A stretch of 63,940 nt of DNA, counting the filler, from Octopus bimaculoides (lineage: Eukaryota): assembly GCF_001194135.2 (NCBI RefSeq). It is 9 parts of 6 records of this genome, joined end to end, with 100 filler letters (N's around TTAATTAATTAA, not from the genome) between each part and the next. Parts side by side here need not be neighbours in the genome. Positions count along the whole stretch, not along the records: positions 16,374 to 43,150 come from NC_068999.1; 8 more parts are not named here. One strand, 5' to 3'. Under the pieces are notes generated by a model. That model saw nothing but the letters and a program-made list of their open reading frames with translations, made no database searches and was not told the DNA's origin. Shown here piece by piece: positions 24,645-37,894 of the stretch. Both the position numbers and the translations under genes were made by a program. The first letter of the stretch is position 1. The number at the start of each line of letters is the position of its first letter.

Positions 24645-26905
24645 CGTCATCGTTGTCGTCATCATTTAACATCTGCTTTCCATGATGGCTTGGAGTGGAC
24701 GGTTTGACTGAGGATTGGCAAGCCAGGAGACTGCACCAGACTCCAATCTGATTCAGCAAGGTTTCTACAGCTTGATGCCCTTCCTAATGCCAACCACTCT
24801 GAGAGTGTAATGGGTGCTTTTTATGGGCCAGTGACATGAGAGTGACACTGGCATCTCACTTGGCTTGCCAGGTTTTCTCAAGCACAACATATCTCCAAAG
24901 GTCTCGGTTGCTTGTCATTGCCTCTGTAAACTCCAACATTTGAAGGTCGTGCTTCACCACCTCATCCCATGTCTTCCTCTTCCACAAGTTCCCTCCACTG
25001 TTAGGGTGTGACATTTCTTCACACAACTGTCCTCATCCATATGCAACACATGACCATACCAGCGCAGTTGTCTTTCTTGCACACAGCATCTGATGTTTCT
25101 TATGTCCATTTCTTTTAAGCCTATGCATGTCCTCAGCAGTCACAGCCCATGTTCCACTACCATGTAGCATGGCTGTTCACATACAAGCATCATACAGTTT
25201 ACCTTTCACTCTGAGCAAGAGACCCTTTGTTACCAGCAGAGGTAGGAGCTCTCTGAACTTTTCCCAGGCCATTCTTATTCTAGCAGCTACACTCTCAGAG
25301 CATCCACCCCCATGACTGACTTGGTCACCTAGGTAACGGAAGCTATCAGCTACTTCTACTTTTTCCTCCTGGCATGTGTTGGAATCTGTTTTCTGTACAT
25401 CGGTGTTTATTGCACCTGTGCATCTGCCACACACAATTTAACCTTCCTTTGATGTTGCTGCACCTCTTATGTGTCCATAGCTTACACTGGGTAGATCTTA
25501 TAGAGTTTCTACCTACACCTTTTCTACAGATTGAGCAGAGCCATCTACCTGAGGGGATTTGTGATTTGTCTGCTTTCCTACTTAACTAAGACTTTGGTTT
25601 TTGCAAGGTTAACTATAAGGCCCTTTGATTCTAATCCTTGCTTCCACACCTGAAACTTCTCTAGTTCTGGTAGTGACTCAGCTATTAGAGCAAGGTCATT
25701 GGCATAGAGGAGCTACCAAGGGCAGCCTGTCTTGAATTCTTTTGTTATTTCCTGGAGGACTTTCATGAATAAGAGGGGGCTGAGGACTGATCCTTGGTGA
25801 ACCCCCTCTTCTAACCAGTATTCTTCACTATACTTGTTACCAGCCCTGACAGTATCCCTATACATGGCTTGTACAACTCTCACCAACCACTCATCTATCC
25901 CTGGTTTCAGCATTGACCACCAGATAAGGGATTGGGGGACCATGTCAAAGGCTTTCTCCATGTCAACAAAAGCTAAGTACAAAGGTTTATCTTTGGCTAG
26001 AAGTTTCTCCTGCAGCTGTTTTATGAGAAATATAGCATTAGTGGTGCTTCTCCCTGGGACAAATCCAAACTGCATCTCACCTAAACTAACTCATTCCTTA
26101 ATTAGTTGGGCTATGACTGTCTCCATGACTTTTATCACCTGATTGAACAATTTGATACCTCTATAATTATTCCTATCTAATTTGTCACCTTTACCTTTGT
26201 AGCAGTTGACTATGGTGCTGCTAAACCAGTCATTGGGTATGACTGTTTTGTGTATCACCTGGTTAACTATATAGGTGACTAGACCATAGCCTACATCGCC
26301 AGATATTTTAAGCAACTCAGCAGTGATTCCTGATGGGCCAGGAGCTTCCCCAGTATTCATACCCTTAATTGCTTTATCTACCATGGTACTGTTAATTTGA
26401 ATAGCAGGTTCCTCTGTTGGGTCGACATTTGGCAGATTCTCTTTCTTCCATTCATTCTCTTCATTTAGCAATCTTTCATAGTAGCATCTCTAAGTCTCTC
26501 TCTTTGAAGCATCATTAAATGCAAGTGAGCCATCATCCATGCGGACACATTTCTCTCTTATGACATTGCGATTTTCTCTCACACACTCTCTTGCAATTCA
26601 AAACACTTCAAGTGTCTGGTCCTCACAATGCAGAACATTGGCAATTTTTTTCTTATTTGCTTCCTCTCTGGCTAAGTAAATCTGTGTCCTAGCTTCCCTT
26701 CTGGCGATCTGATACAGTTCCCTGCTACCAGCACACTTCCAGTCCTTCCATGCCTGTTTCTTTTCCCTAATGGCCCTGTCAACTACATTGTTCCACCACC
26801 ATGTTGCCTTGGGTTAAGAGAGGACTTTGCACCAGCCACAGATCTGGTCAGTAGCCCTCAGCAGGTTGTCCTGTAGAAACCTTCAGTTGTCATCCACATT
26901 ATGTG
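24645..26905 (-). mobile_element. 5'-truncated RTE LINE (about 2.3 kb)
   Basis: APGPSGITAELLK, NYRGIKL, MQFGFVPGRSTTNAIF, AFVDMEKAFD, GVHQGSVLSPLLF and FRYLGD motifs; the 3' end terminates in a trinucleotide tail at about 24645-24665. Confidence 0.92.
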
Positions 26906-27399
26906 ATGCTATATCATTCTCTTTTTGTAAAAAGCTTCAAGTAATATGTTTCTAAATCTCAGCCCATTCAGAGGATCCTTAAGCTTCCAGACCCTTCTTT
27001 TCCATACTGTTAGAGTAAAATAATATTTGTAGCATCTGGCACCTTTCTGAAGAAATGATATTGATTCTATGACATATAACCTGTAACATTTTTCCAATTA
27101 TCTTGAAATAAAATCGTTAAATCAACAGAACAAATAAAATTCAATCATATTTATCTAGGGAAATAATGTAAGGCAAACAGAATCTAATTAAAAATTGCAA
27201 TCTTCTGAGAAGTAAATATCACAGTTGATATATCTCCCAGCCCCAACCATAATATATAGTGAGATATAGCTAGAGATTGTATTATCAACTTGCAAGTTGA
27301 TAATAAAATAAAAGATAAATAATCTATAGTATAAAGAGAATTTTAGTTTTGTTGATTTATATATTTTGACTACCTTATCGAGGAGAGGGGGAGTGTTAA

Positions 27400-27900
27400 A
27401 ACCTTGAGAGAACTTCTCGGACAACTGAGGTCAATATGAAGGTATTGTGCAGTGATGAGAAGTAGGAGGATGGCTGTACACAACTTACGGAGTAATGGTA
27501 GAAGATACACAAGTGAACAAGTGGTCCCAGTGTTTTGCAGATTGAAGACTTCTAATCAATAAGGTGAGAACTTTTCTTTTGATGTAGTCTAGAATGTTTG
27601 TGTGTAGCAGCTATAGCATCACAGAATCAGTAGCTTTTTGAGAGCAGGAATAGTTCTGGGTCCTCAAGACTTGACAAGCAGTTTTGCCTTTTATATATAT
27701 CTGGTCACCTTAAAGGAACATGTGTGAGTGTAAAGTGTAGTGTTTGTAATGAGTTTGAGAATTTTAGCTACATACACTGCAGTATTATGAGACAATGTTT
27801 TGGAGCTGTTGGAGGAGATCTCATCCTTATGTCCTCTCTGGAGGATGTTTTCAAATTTCTTTCTCATTCATCAAAATAACATATGCTTGATATGTCTAAA
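27400..27900 (-). mobile_element. Highly degenerate CR1/Jockey-group LINE relic
   Basis: Minus-strand ILDYIKRKVLTL and VHLCIFYHY resemble the motifs at 23.5 kb. Confidence 0.35.
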
Positions 27901-29239
27901 AATGTTGGTAGTAACTAAACATAATTGTTGGAAGAGATAAATTCCATTGAAATGCTGAACATATGAGTTAAGGCTAATCGTGTGAAAAAAGGAACTAAAT
28001 AAAGTAACATCCTCAGAGACTGAGATAGTGCCAACTACCTTAACTCCTTATATAAACACCAGTTTAACTTTTTATATGGACATCAAATATTACATCTCAG
28101 ATAGTGGCTGAATGTTTTAAAAAGTGAAGAACAGAATGGTCTCTACAGTTTGAAAAACCATTAATTGCCAGTTTGGGGGCTGTATACACTTCAGATTGAA
28201 TTATGCTCAGGTGAACTTGATTTTTCATTTGTTGGAGGTCAGAAGAATATTGAGCCATTATCAAACTTATTGAGTTTTAGTTACAAGCTAATGTCCTGTA
28301 ATGTACATGTAATATCAGATACTTCTGGTGACAGTTTCTTGCTGCTTTCTTCAATGCTATGAAAAGATTTGACTCATCACTGCCAACAAACATAACACTA
28401 TAAGGTTCATCTGGTTACTTACAGTTATGAACTGCACCTCTTTAGAGTAGTTACCAGTTGAATAAACTAAGTTGTTGGGAGTAAGAGAAACAATGATATA
28501 CCGGACAGCTATTTATTTGAACCTGCTTAATGAGAATTTAAGGACACTTAAAAGTATTTTAGATGAAGAACTATTTCAATGTAGTCATTCAAACATCCCA
28601 AAAAGTATAGTCAGTGTCAAAATGGCTTTACAATGTCTTGGTTCAATAATTTGAAAGATTATCCATAATAGATATGCGTATTTAGATATAAAAGAAACTG
28701 ATAAAATTGAATCAAGTTAGTTTAGTCCATAACTTAAGAGGCAATATAGACGGGAGCTTAACGAGGGCATTCATTTGTTAAATACTTCACTAAACTATAT
28801 ATGAGAGGAGTTTCAAAAAGTATCAATGGATGCTAAAGGTTGTATCACAATACTTCATTGTGGATCATACAGATTGTCACCTTTAAAGATCTTATACCAA
28901 GGACTTCCTGCTTACAAAGTTTTTTCCTTTTAATTTATAAACAAAACTTCATCTAATATTTAAAACAAAAATCTACATTAAAACATTAGTTACACTGAAC
29001 AAAACTTTCACTAATAATAAGAACATAAAAAAGTCTAAGGAGGCATAAATCAATCACAAAATAGCTTTTTTTGAAAGAGGTACACAGTTATACAACTTAG
29101 TAGAGATGGATGGAGGAACAGTTGATTAAATCAACTACAGTACTAACTTGTACTTCAATTTATTGATGTAAAAGTTTAAAAGGCAAAGCTGATTAAAGGA
29201 AGATTATTGTATAAAAATAAATCACATGACATTTGCCCA

Positions 29240-29590
29240 AAATCAAACGGAACTTTTAAGATAGTACAGCACTGAAAAGAATAGAACATGGACAAACAAG
29301 ACTTCTGAGAACATCAAATAACAGTCCCATACAATAAACCATGTTCTTTATGGTAATTTTCCAAAAGTAACTTTCACCTTAAAGGAAAGAATGAGATTCA
29401 GTGGTCACTGCTTTTGTAGCAAGGACGACATAGTGAGTCAGATGCTGATGTGGGAACCAACACATGGAAAGCAACCTAGAGGTCATCCTGCCAGGACATT
29501 TATTGACAAACTAGTTGAAGACTTTGACCTACCAAAACTAATGTAGGAGAGGACATTTTGGAGACAAATGGTCTTTGTTTGTGGGTGACA
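29240..29590 (+). mobile_element. RTE-type LINE 3' remnant
   Basis: VLYGNFPKVTFTLKERMRFSGHCFCSKDDIVSQMLMWEPTHGKQPRGHPARTFID. Confidence 0.75.
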
Positions 29591-29689
29591 AGGTGGGTAG
29601 GTAGGTACAGCATGCGAATGACTGCAGTACTATTTATGGGTGATTATAATCTTCAATCTAATAAAGGGTATCATACTGTGTCACTGATC

Positions 29690-29960
29690 TTAAGGTGCTA
29701 AATTGAACATATGCTTAGGGTACTTGGCAATTGTCACAAATTGAAGAATGAAAGAATTGGAAAAGCAATATGTTAGAGTGAAATTATGTTTCAAATTGGA
29801 AAAACACATGGAAATTGAAAGTTGTTCTGAAGAGTTACTAATTCCAGATGATAGAAGAAAACTGTACACCACCCATGAAAATGTGTTCCAGAATGCACTC
29901 AAAAACTGGACAAAACATTTGGAGTGGTGTATTAAGAGAAGATGGTCCTATTTTGAAGTT
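29690..29960 (+). mobile_element. Internally deleted mariner relic
   Basis: The N-terminal-like QYVRVKLCFKL is joined to the C-terminal-like FQNALKNWTKHLEWCIKRRWSYFE. Confidence 0.55.
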
Positions 29961-30543
29961 TTTTGTTTTTTTTTTAATCAAGCTTTTTTAGTGGTGGGGT
30001 GGAGATAGAGCTCAGCAAAGTATAACAGAATCAAAAATGACAGTTAGCAAAGGCAATATGTAAATAATAAACAGAACCAGAGTAAAGAACAGTGGGTCTT
30101 AAAAAGTATTTTAAAACTATGCCATTAAAATTAGGAAATATATATGTAATAAAAATAAATGCATCTCAGAATTTCTGGAGATAGTTTGGGTTGTTTGATC
30201 AACTAAACTACCAACTCATTGAATTAGCATGTAAGTGGCTGAGTATTCCATAATCATGTGTATCATTAATGTAATTCTCAACCAGAATCAGCATGTTATA
30301 AGAGTATGACTAGGCTGGACTTTTGAGTTACAGTCCTTCTGACAGACTTCTCTACAGTTTCTGTCCACCCAACTTCACTCATAAAGATTAAGTCAACCCA
30401 AGGCTTTAGAAAATGATACTTGTCCAAGGTGCCATGCAGCAGAATTGAAATATATAAATAAATAAGCTCAAGGAGAGAAAAAAAATAGCCATTTAAATAT
30501 TCTTGAAGCTTCTTTCAAATCAAAATAAACAAGTATAACTTAC

Positions 30544-30599
30544 CTTATCAATGAAGACTTCAAAAGTTCAGCTCTCTATTCTTGGTCTATTAGTTTTGC
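30544..30599 (-). other. Candidate 56-nt exon of an unidentified host transcript
   Basis: Acceptor GATTTCTAG| and perfect donor AAG|GTAAGT, but stops in all three frames. Confidence 0.2.
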
Positions 30600-31214
30600 C
30601 TAGAAATCACTGTGTATTTAATAAGTGTCTATTGAGGTTGAGGGGTACTGGCAATATGGATATGATGAGAAGGAAGACATATGCACATTTGAATAATACT
30701 CAAGATACAGCTAATTAACAATATAGCAGAATGATTTGAAAAATAAATTTTAACATTCAAACATTTGTATTTAACTACTTTATCTATTTAGTTAATAGGT
30801 TTTGTTAGAACTCATTAAGCTCTAAATTAACTGCTGCAATTAAAAAATATTTAAGAAGATACTCAGCTTGTCAAAATCCTATATATTAATATCCAACATT
30901 AAATTTAATAACTGATGAGAATATTCCCCTAAAATGACCATCTTCATTTTCAGGGTCATTCCCCATCCACTACTTTATCCATATTTCTTTCTCCAAAAAG
31001 TTAGAGTTGAAAAGTTACATGATTAACAACTGCAGCAAAGACAAGCTGACAGTTACAGTCCTTTGGATCAAAAGCTTAAAATTAAAGCTTGAAATTAAAG
31101 TCTAAAAATAAAAAAATGAATTATTGAAGAAAAACAATAAGAAAAGAAAATTGGTACAAACGTAAGACAGACAATTATTTTGATGTTTGGCCCCTAAAAA
31201 ATACATTTTACAAT

Positions 31215-31570
31215 ATAGCAGGGTTAACTAGTATTGCACTGTATTGCATGGCTGGTTACGAAACACATTTCACAATATCACATGGCTGACCAGCGACAAA
31301 CATTCCACAATATTACATAGATGGTTAGTGACAAACATTTCACAATACTACAAAACTGGTTGACAAACATTTTACAATATTACATAGTTGGCTAACAACA
31401 AACATGGTACAATTTTTACAAGGTTGGCTGATCACATACATTTCACAATATCACATAGTTGGCAGGATGAGGCTGACTTCTGTCAAACATTTCACAATTT
31501 AACAAGGTTGGCTGGTTACACATATATCATAAGATAACATGTATGGTTAGTGACACATTTCACAATAAAG
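31215..31570. repeat. Degenerate ~35-bp minisatellite (about 9 units)
   Basis: Recurrent GACAAACATTTCACAATATTACATAGTTGGCT-like unit. Confidence 0.85.
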
Positions 31571-32466
31571 ATGCAAATAAATGTAAAAAAATCAAAAAAA
31601 AAACCCAGAAAAGACAAATTTGGAGCAATGACTTCTTTTATGTGGAAGGCAAAAGATATGATGGTTGACAAATGTTTGACGACCATTTCATGTCCTAATG
31701 TCAATTCAGTTCAGAATAAATAAGAAGTAAGTATTATCAACATAGTATTCAGTTCAGGTAAGTAAAATTCTCATCAAGAATATAATTTGTAATAAATGTC
31801 AGTTATTTTACCAAAAATGTTCATGTGAAAATGAAACAATAAAAATTGTATCACAAAAATTTCCAAATGCAAAAAGAAAAACACAAACTGCTGCTGAAGT
31901 AAAATGTAAATAGTCCGTAAAGTTATGAAAGAAGAAATAAGAAAAATGACATAATAATGAGAAACACCAGAGTTAAAAGATATGCAACTGACTGTTAGTA
32001 GCTACAAAATATCAAGATAATCTGTAGTTTTAAATTCTGTTGAACATACATGAAATTTGAATGAATATATTTATATAAAAACTGGTCTTGTGTATTTCAT
32101 CAATATTGGTAAGCCTGTTGACAATAAAGTATTTTGTGTGTATATATGTGTATGTGTTTCTATCACCATGTAACATTTACTTTTCCATGTCAGATGAGAG
32201 TACACTGGGGAAGAATTTTCTACAGCCCTTTCTGCATCAATCCCTTCCTGTTTCCAAGCAATCTAATAATCTCTCAGTCTATCAAACAATAACTTGGACA
32301 TAGTTACATGAAAATCAGAAACAAACAATACCATCTGCAAGAACAATGATGCTATTATTTACAATCAGTCAACACTCAGTTGTAAGATGGAGATAAATAT
32401 GAACCTATACAAACACACACATGCACACTGATATACAAACATATGGCAATCTTTCGTGCATGCAGC

Positions 32467-33391
32467 TCAGCTGTTATCATACAGCATTAAGTAAATTCCG
32501 TAAAAATCTTTTATTTATTTTTTTTCGGCAGGAAATGTACATTTCGTTTGGTGTCAGCATAAAGTGAAAGAGAGAGAAAATAGACATCAACATATGTGTT
32601 GATGGGGGCTACGAGACAGAAAGTGTGTGTTGTATCTGTATGAGAGAGAGAAAGAGATGTGTGTTGCTCTGTGTGTGAGGAAGAGAGAGTGACAGTGTAT
32701 TTTTTTTTTAAATTTATTTTTCCTCGCATCTTTTTTGAGTATGTTAGTGATTGACTGAGAGAGAGAGAGGTGTGTTGTTGGAAAAAGAGGTAAGGAATGA
32801 TCGCGTAAATTTTATTTACTTTTTCTTACATCTTTTTTTAGTGTGTGTTTGACTGAGAGAGAGAGAGAGAGGGGGGGGTGAGAGAGGGAGAGAGTGATAG
32901 CATAATTTTTTAAATTTATTTAGTTTTTCTCGCATCTTTTCTGTTATCACTCTCTCCCTCTCTCTCATTCACACACAGAGCAAGACACATCTCTCTCTCA
33001 GTCAAACACAAAAGAACTAAAAACACTAAAAAAAGATGAGAGAAAAAGTAAATAAATAAAATTTACGTTCTCACTCTCTCTCTCTCACACACTCTCAGTG
33101 AATCACTCACACACACACTCACTCAAAAAAGATGCGAGGAAAATGAATTTTAAAAATGTACGCTGTTGCTTTCTCTCCTCATCACACACACACCTCTCTC
33201 TCTCTCTCTTTCACATACACACAACACACTTTCTGTCTCACACACCCTATTAACACATACACATGTCCCTGTCCATTTTCTCTCCCTTTCACTTTATGCT
33301 GACATCAAACGAAATGTGCATTTCCACCCACAAAAATAAATAAATAAAAAATTTTTACGGAATATACCAAATGCTGTACCTTAACAGCTGA
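32467..33391. mobile_element. Foldback element with ~450-bp modular inverted arms
   Basis: Termini TCAGCTGTTA / TAACAGCTGA. The arms pair throughout (e.g. GAAATGTACATTTCGTTTGGTGTCAGCATAAAGTGAAAG vs CTTTCACTTTATGCTGACATCAAACGAAATGTGCATTTC). Confidence 0.8.
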
Positions 33392-33479
33392 TCAAAAGTG
33401 ACATTTCTGAGAGTTATGTCAATGGTCGCCCAAGCATACATATACCTATACATCTTTCTTTTACTTTTTCAATCATCAG

Positions 33480-33660
33480 ACTGCAGACACACAGGGACAC
33501 TGTCTTGAAGAATTTTATTGAACAAACTAACACCAGTGCATTTTTTTTAAAGCCTGGTACTTTTTTATCAGTCACTTTTGCCAAATTGCTAAGTTACAGT
33601 GACATAAACACAACACCAAGTAGTGGAGGGAGTGGACAACAAACACAGACACACATGTAT
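33480..33660 (-). mobile_element. SINE family A tail
   Basis: Matches 10079-10235; CpG-depleted. Confidence 0.7.
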
Positions 33661-33849
33661 GCATGTGTGTGTGTATATATATATATATATNNNNNNNNNN
33701 NNNNNNNNNNNNNNNNNNNNNNNNNNNNNNNNNNNNNNNNNNNNNNNNNNNNNNNNNNNNNNNNNNNNNNNNNNNNNNNNNNNNNNNNNNTATATATACA
33801 TATATATATAGAGAGAGAGAGAGAGAGATAAATAGATAGAGAGAGAGAG

Positions 33850-33892
<43 letters not shown>

Positions 33893-34804
33893 CTAATATC
33901 TCTTGGTATCAAATATCTAACTAGAAAGATAAAACATGAAATAATGAATAAAATCAAAAAGAAAAACTTGTGAAAATGAGATGTGTGTTTGAAAATTTTT
34001 TGATGCTTTGAATTATTTTATCAACATTATATTCACTTTGTTCAGATTAATGAGCAAAACATTTTACTGTGAAAATCTAAATGAATAGTCACTAAGGATT
34101 CAAATCTCTTCTGCAACACTTTTAGCACATGAAACCTCTCAAACTCTCTCTCTCCCTCCCTCTACATACAAATAATTAAAAATCAATGCAACTTATTTTA
34201 ATTTATCCAGTGTTAGTGATCAAAGCCATAAAGGAATTACATAACATAATCAACATTTAATACAATCATCAAAACTCATAAACGAGAAAAGATGACAAAA
34301 ATAGGAAACTTTCCATGTAAAATTATAACATTGATGGGTTTAAAGATTTGAGTGAGTGTTGGTAGCAGATGGATTTCCTGACCACCACTAGTGCATGAGA
34401 AAGTAATGCCTAATGACATTTTTCAGTTTTTGGGTGCTAGTGAAGGTCATAGATACTACTGTTAATAAAAACTGCTACTCAAATATTTAAAAAGGTAGGG
34501 TAGATTACTTTTCCAGGGAGATGCCTTAAGAAATGTAGCCATAAATGCATGTTCACATATCCAATCAACTTAGTGCAAACAAGATATTCTGCAAGCGTAA
34601 ATACTTTTAAACCATGAAATTAAGCATAATTTGACAAGGTGATGTGAATTACTTAATCATCTTTAGTGATTAGAAAACCCAGATGATGTTAGCTGTGTGG
34701 TGATCTTGAAATGAAGTGATTTGAAATGAAGGACACATATTAGAATGGTTAACTGTTAAATCTCAAAAGTAATGAAGCAGGATATTTCAAAGTAAATCCC
34801 TATA

Positions 34805-35590
34805 CAGACTGTCCTCATTTAACGACCAAGTTACGTTCCAACAGCCCTGTCGTTAAGCATATTTGTCGTTAAACGAATATTCATAGGGTACGTTTTTTTT
34901 TATAGGTATAGTGTACTGTATGTACATATAAAAACAGAATACCGTACTGTATAAAGTATATGCTGTACAGGACCAAGAATCACTAACATAAATTGTTGTA
35001 AAATGTATAAGTAACAATAAGATTATCACAAGGAAAACCTTAAAAATTAGGATATGGATACTATTATTGTAGCTCAGACATCGTAAGTATGTTTGTGATT
35101 GCAGGCCCAGTGCATAAGATGCCTAATAAACTTTTCTCAGGATTATATAGAAAAGGTTTAAAGGAAACTCAAACATAATAACTTTGTTTTACTTTGGATA
35201 AAGATCACAAAAGCAACTCATTCTTGACATCAAAATGCATGAAAAATCCCATCAGTGTTGTTTGCTTTGTTATCTTCTTTTTTTCGTCATAAATTTCTCG
35301 ATAACATCGGAAAAGTTCAAGAGATAATGGAAAAAAGAGACGAAATAGTAATATAGGTACAGAGAGAGTCACTGTGTTCCTTGGCACTGACCACAGGCGG
35401 GAGAGTGAGAGAGTGAGCGTGTCAGAGGGTGAGGCTGGGTGCTTGGGATGCGCTGCTGTCACGACGGACAGTTCTCGTACAGCGCACAATATGACAGTCA
35501 AAGTTTAAGCTTTTATATTTTGCAAAATATGTAATGATGGCTCGTAAAGTTCGTCGTAACTCCAAGTGGTCGTTAAATGAGGACAGTCTG
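34805..35590. mobile_element. Tigger/pogo-like MITE (786 bp)
   Basis: Perfect 24-bp TIR CAGACTGTCCTCATTTAACGACCA with TA flanks at 34803-04 and 35591-92; no ORF. Confidence 0.9.
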
Positions 35591-35626
35591 TATATCTGAA
35601 ATATATCCAATAAAGACCATCTTAAT

Positions 35627-35968
35627 TTGAGCACGCCCTCCTCCTGGTTCGAAGGCTTGTATCACCAAATAGCTGGTCAGCTCTGGCTCCTGGAACTGAA
35701 ACTAACGCAACACTGTTGGAAGGCAGGTTTAGAGAGAGTGCAGGCCAAAACTATGCCCCCTTCCCCTCCATTGGTCAGTTGAAGCTTAGACAGTGTCACG
35801 TGACAGTTAGCTGGTGCTGGCTGCAGGAGCCTACTGGTGAGTATTTAAAGGGAAATTTGGCAGGATAGTCATTTGCTCACTGACATTTGTTGACACTGCA
35901 TCGAAGAAACCAAAGAACAAAAGAAAAAACGCACTCAACACCAGAGCTGAAGACACATCCGAAAGGGG
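35627..35968 (+). repeat. Direct repeat copy 1 flanking the HERO-like element
   Basis: Colinear with 37895-38254; 7 mismatches in the first 60 aligned nt, all transitions. Confidence 0.92.
35770..35875 (+). promoter_or_regulatory. Pol II promoter-like module
   Basis: ATTGG (CCAAT, 35770), GTCACGTGAC E-box (35795), TATTTAAA (35842) and Inr-like TCATTT with its A 29 nt after the start of the TATA box. The same spacing occurs in copy 2 (38113/38142). Confidence 0.45.
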
Positions 35969-37894
35969 AAGAGCAGCTGCTGCAGAAAGGTGTTTTCTAG
36001 TTACATCAGGCTTAGAATTCACCAAGGGAAGGTGTGTCAGAAGAAAATGATTCAACAGCACAGGCTGAAAAACCAGAAGACATGTGGCCAGAACCTACTG
36101 GAAAGAAACCATAAAGAAACTATCATAATTTTGTAAACAACCCATATCAATAGGCTAAACGTTTGTTTACTGAAAGTAAGAGCAGAAGATTAGATTGCAC
36201 TAAAGAAGAGCTTGAACACCATCTTAAAGTGACATATAGCGACACTGAAAAAAGTAAAGTACTCCCAGAAATGCTTGGGCTGAAGAAACCACCTGAACTA
36301 AGGGTGCCATTCGGTTTGAGTGATATCAGACAGAAAGAAATTAATGAGTTCATTAGAAAAGCAAGAGCAAAAAGTTTACCAGGAAATGATGGAATTAGCT
36401 ACAAGGTTTATAAGTATCGCCTGAAATTGCGTTTAGACTTATTTGCATTGATAAAAGAAATGTGGAAGATGAAAGATGTAGCAGAGTGATGGTGCATAGC
36501 TTAAGGTATCAATTTACCTAAAGAGAAGGAGGCAAAAACACTAGAGCAATTCAGACCCATTTCACTACTAAATACCAATGGGAAGATCATGTTTGGAATC
36601 ACTGTCAGGTGAATCATAAGATTTGTACAGATATGTTAATCAAGCAATCTAAAAAGCAGGGATCCCTGGATGCATAGTGCAAAACAACTGAAGAAAAATC
36701 TGTACATTGCATGGCTAGATCTTGTCAATGCATATGGATCTGTTCTACACACTAATTCAAGCAGCTATGAACTTCTTTTGGATTCTAGATGTTCAATGAG
36801 GATGAGATTTACAGCACGAAAGTTCACAAGGGAGTGGCAACTGCTTGAAATAGGTATTGCAGCTGGATGCACGATATCAAATTTCAAGCCATCTTGCATG
36901 AGCAGTGTAAAAGAGATGAAAGAGGCAGTGGTACATGAAGTAAGAAAGGAGGAAAAAGAAAGGCGAAATGTACATTTGGTGCAATGTAGTCAAGAGGGAC
37001 AGTGCCTGAGATTGGAAGAATATGTGGTCAGTTGCAGAATCTCATGGAAGGAACTCTGGGCTTGGGAACAAGCAAGAACATCCTTCCTAATTAAGTCTGC
37101 CTTCGATATTTTACCTTCACCGGCCAATTTAGCCCAGTGGAATATACTAACAACTGATGAATGTAGATGTAGACAGAAAGCAACGGTGAGACATGTTCTG
37201 TCAAACTGCAGGCTAGCACTAGACAGAGAGACATGGCATCACAATCAAGTCCTTGGTGTCATAAGCACACCACTCAAGGAGAAGATCAAGGGATATAATA
37301 GGGGAGAGTACCCAAAAGTAGAAAAGCGCAGAAAGATATACTTCCAGAAGGAGGGAAAAGGACATAAGGCCAGGCCTTTAAATAAAGTATACAATATAGA
37401 CAAAAGTTGGAAGGGATACTAGGAGCTGGCTGCGAATTTGGAAACATTGTTAATATAAACAACAACTCATAAAACAACAAAAAGACTGGAGTTAATCCTA
37501 TGGCACACAGAATAGAAAATTGGAATTTTGCTAGAGCTGAGAGTGTCATGGGATGAGAACATCAATAATGCAGAGCAATGGAAAGAGAAGAAGTATGAGA
37601 GATTAATTGAAAAGTACGGAGAACAGGGATAGACTGTCGAGTATTACCACCTGGCAATGGGGGCTAGAGGCTTCATTGAAAGGAAAATGGCAACATTATT
37701 TAAAAGGTTTGCATTTTCAAGCTTAGAGCTGAGAAAAGTATTAAGGAGGATACAAGAGGCAGTCAACAAAGCCAGCTTCTATATATGGCTGAAATGAGAA
37801 GACCCAAAATGGAAATAGTGTCGCAAGGTGAGACTGGCTGATACTCAAGCAGCATCGCTGATTGACAGGTAGGCCAAGGTAGCAATCTCATTCA
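35969..37894 (+). mobile_element. HERO-like (R2-superfamily, RLE) non-LTR retrotransposon, internally deleted
   Basis: N-terminal CCRKVFSSYIRLRIHQGKVC finger; RT WLDLVNAYGS and GIAAGCTIS; CCHC knuckle CRC..TVRHVLSNC; RLE region LILWH..ELRVSWDE..KEKKY..GARGF. Confidence 0.85.

Noticed and set aside
31215-31570. CRISPR-like periodicity
   Set aside because: Eukaryotic context, degenerate tandem units without unique spacers, and no cas genes.
35946-35966. CTGAAGA...GAAA inside the direct repeats (also 38231-38248, and a similar motif at 6968-6987)
   Set aside because: There is no pairing for stem II or III, so this is not a hammerhead.
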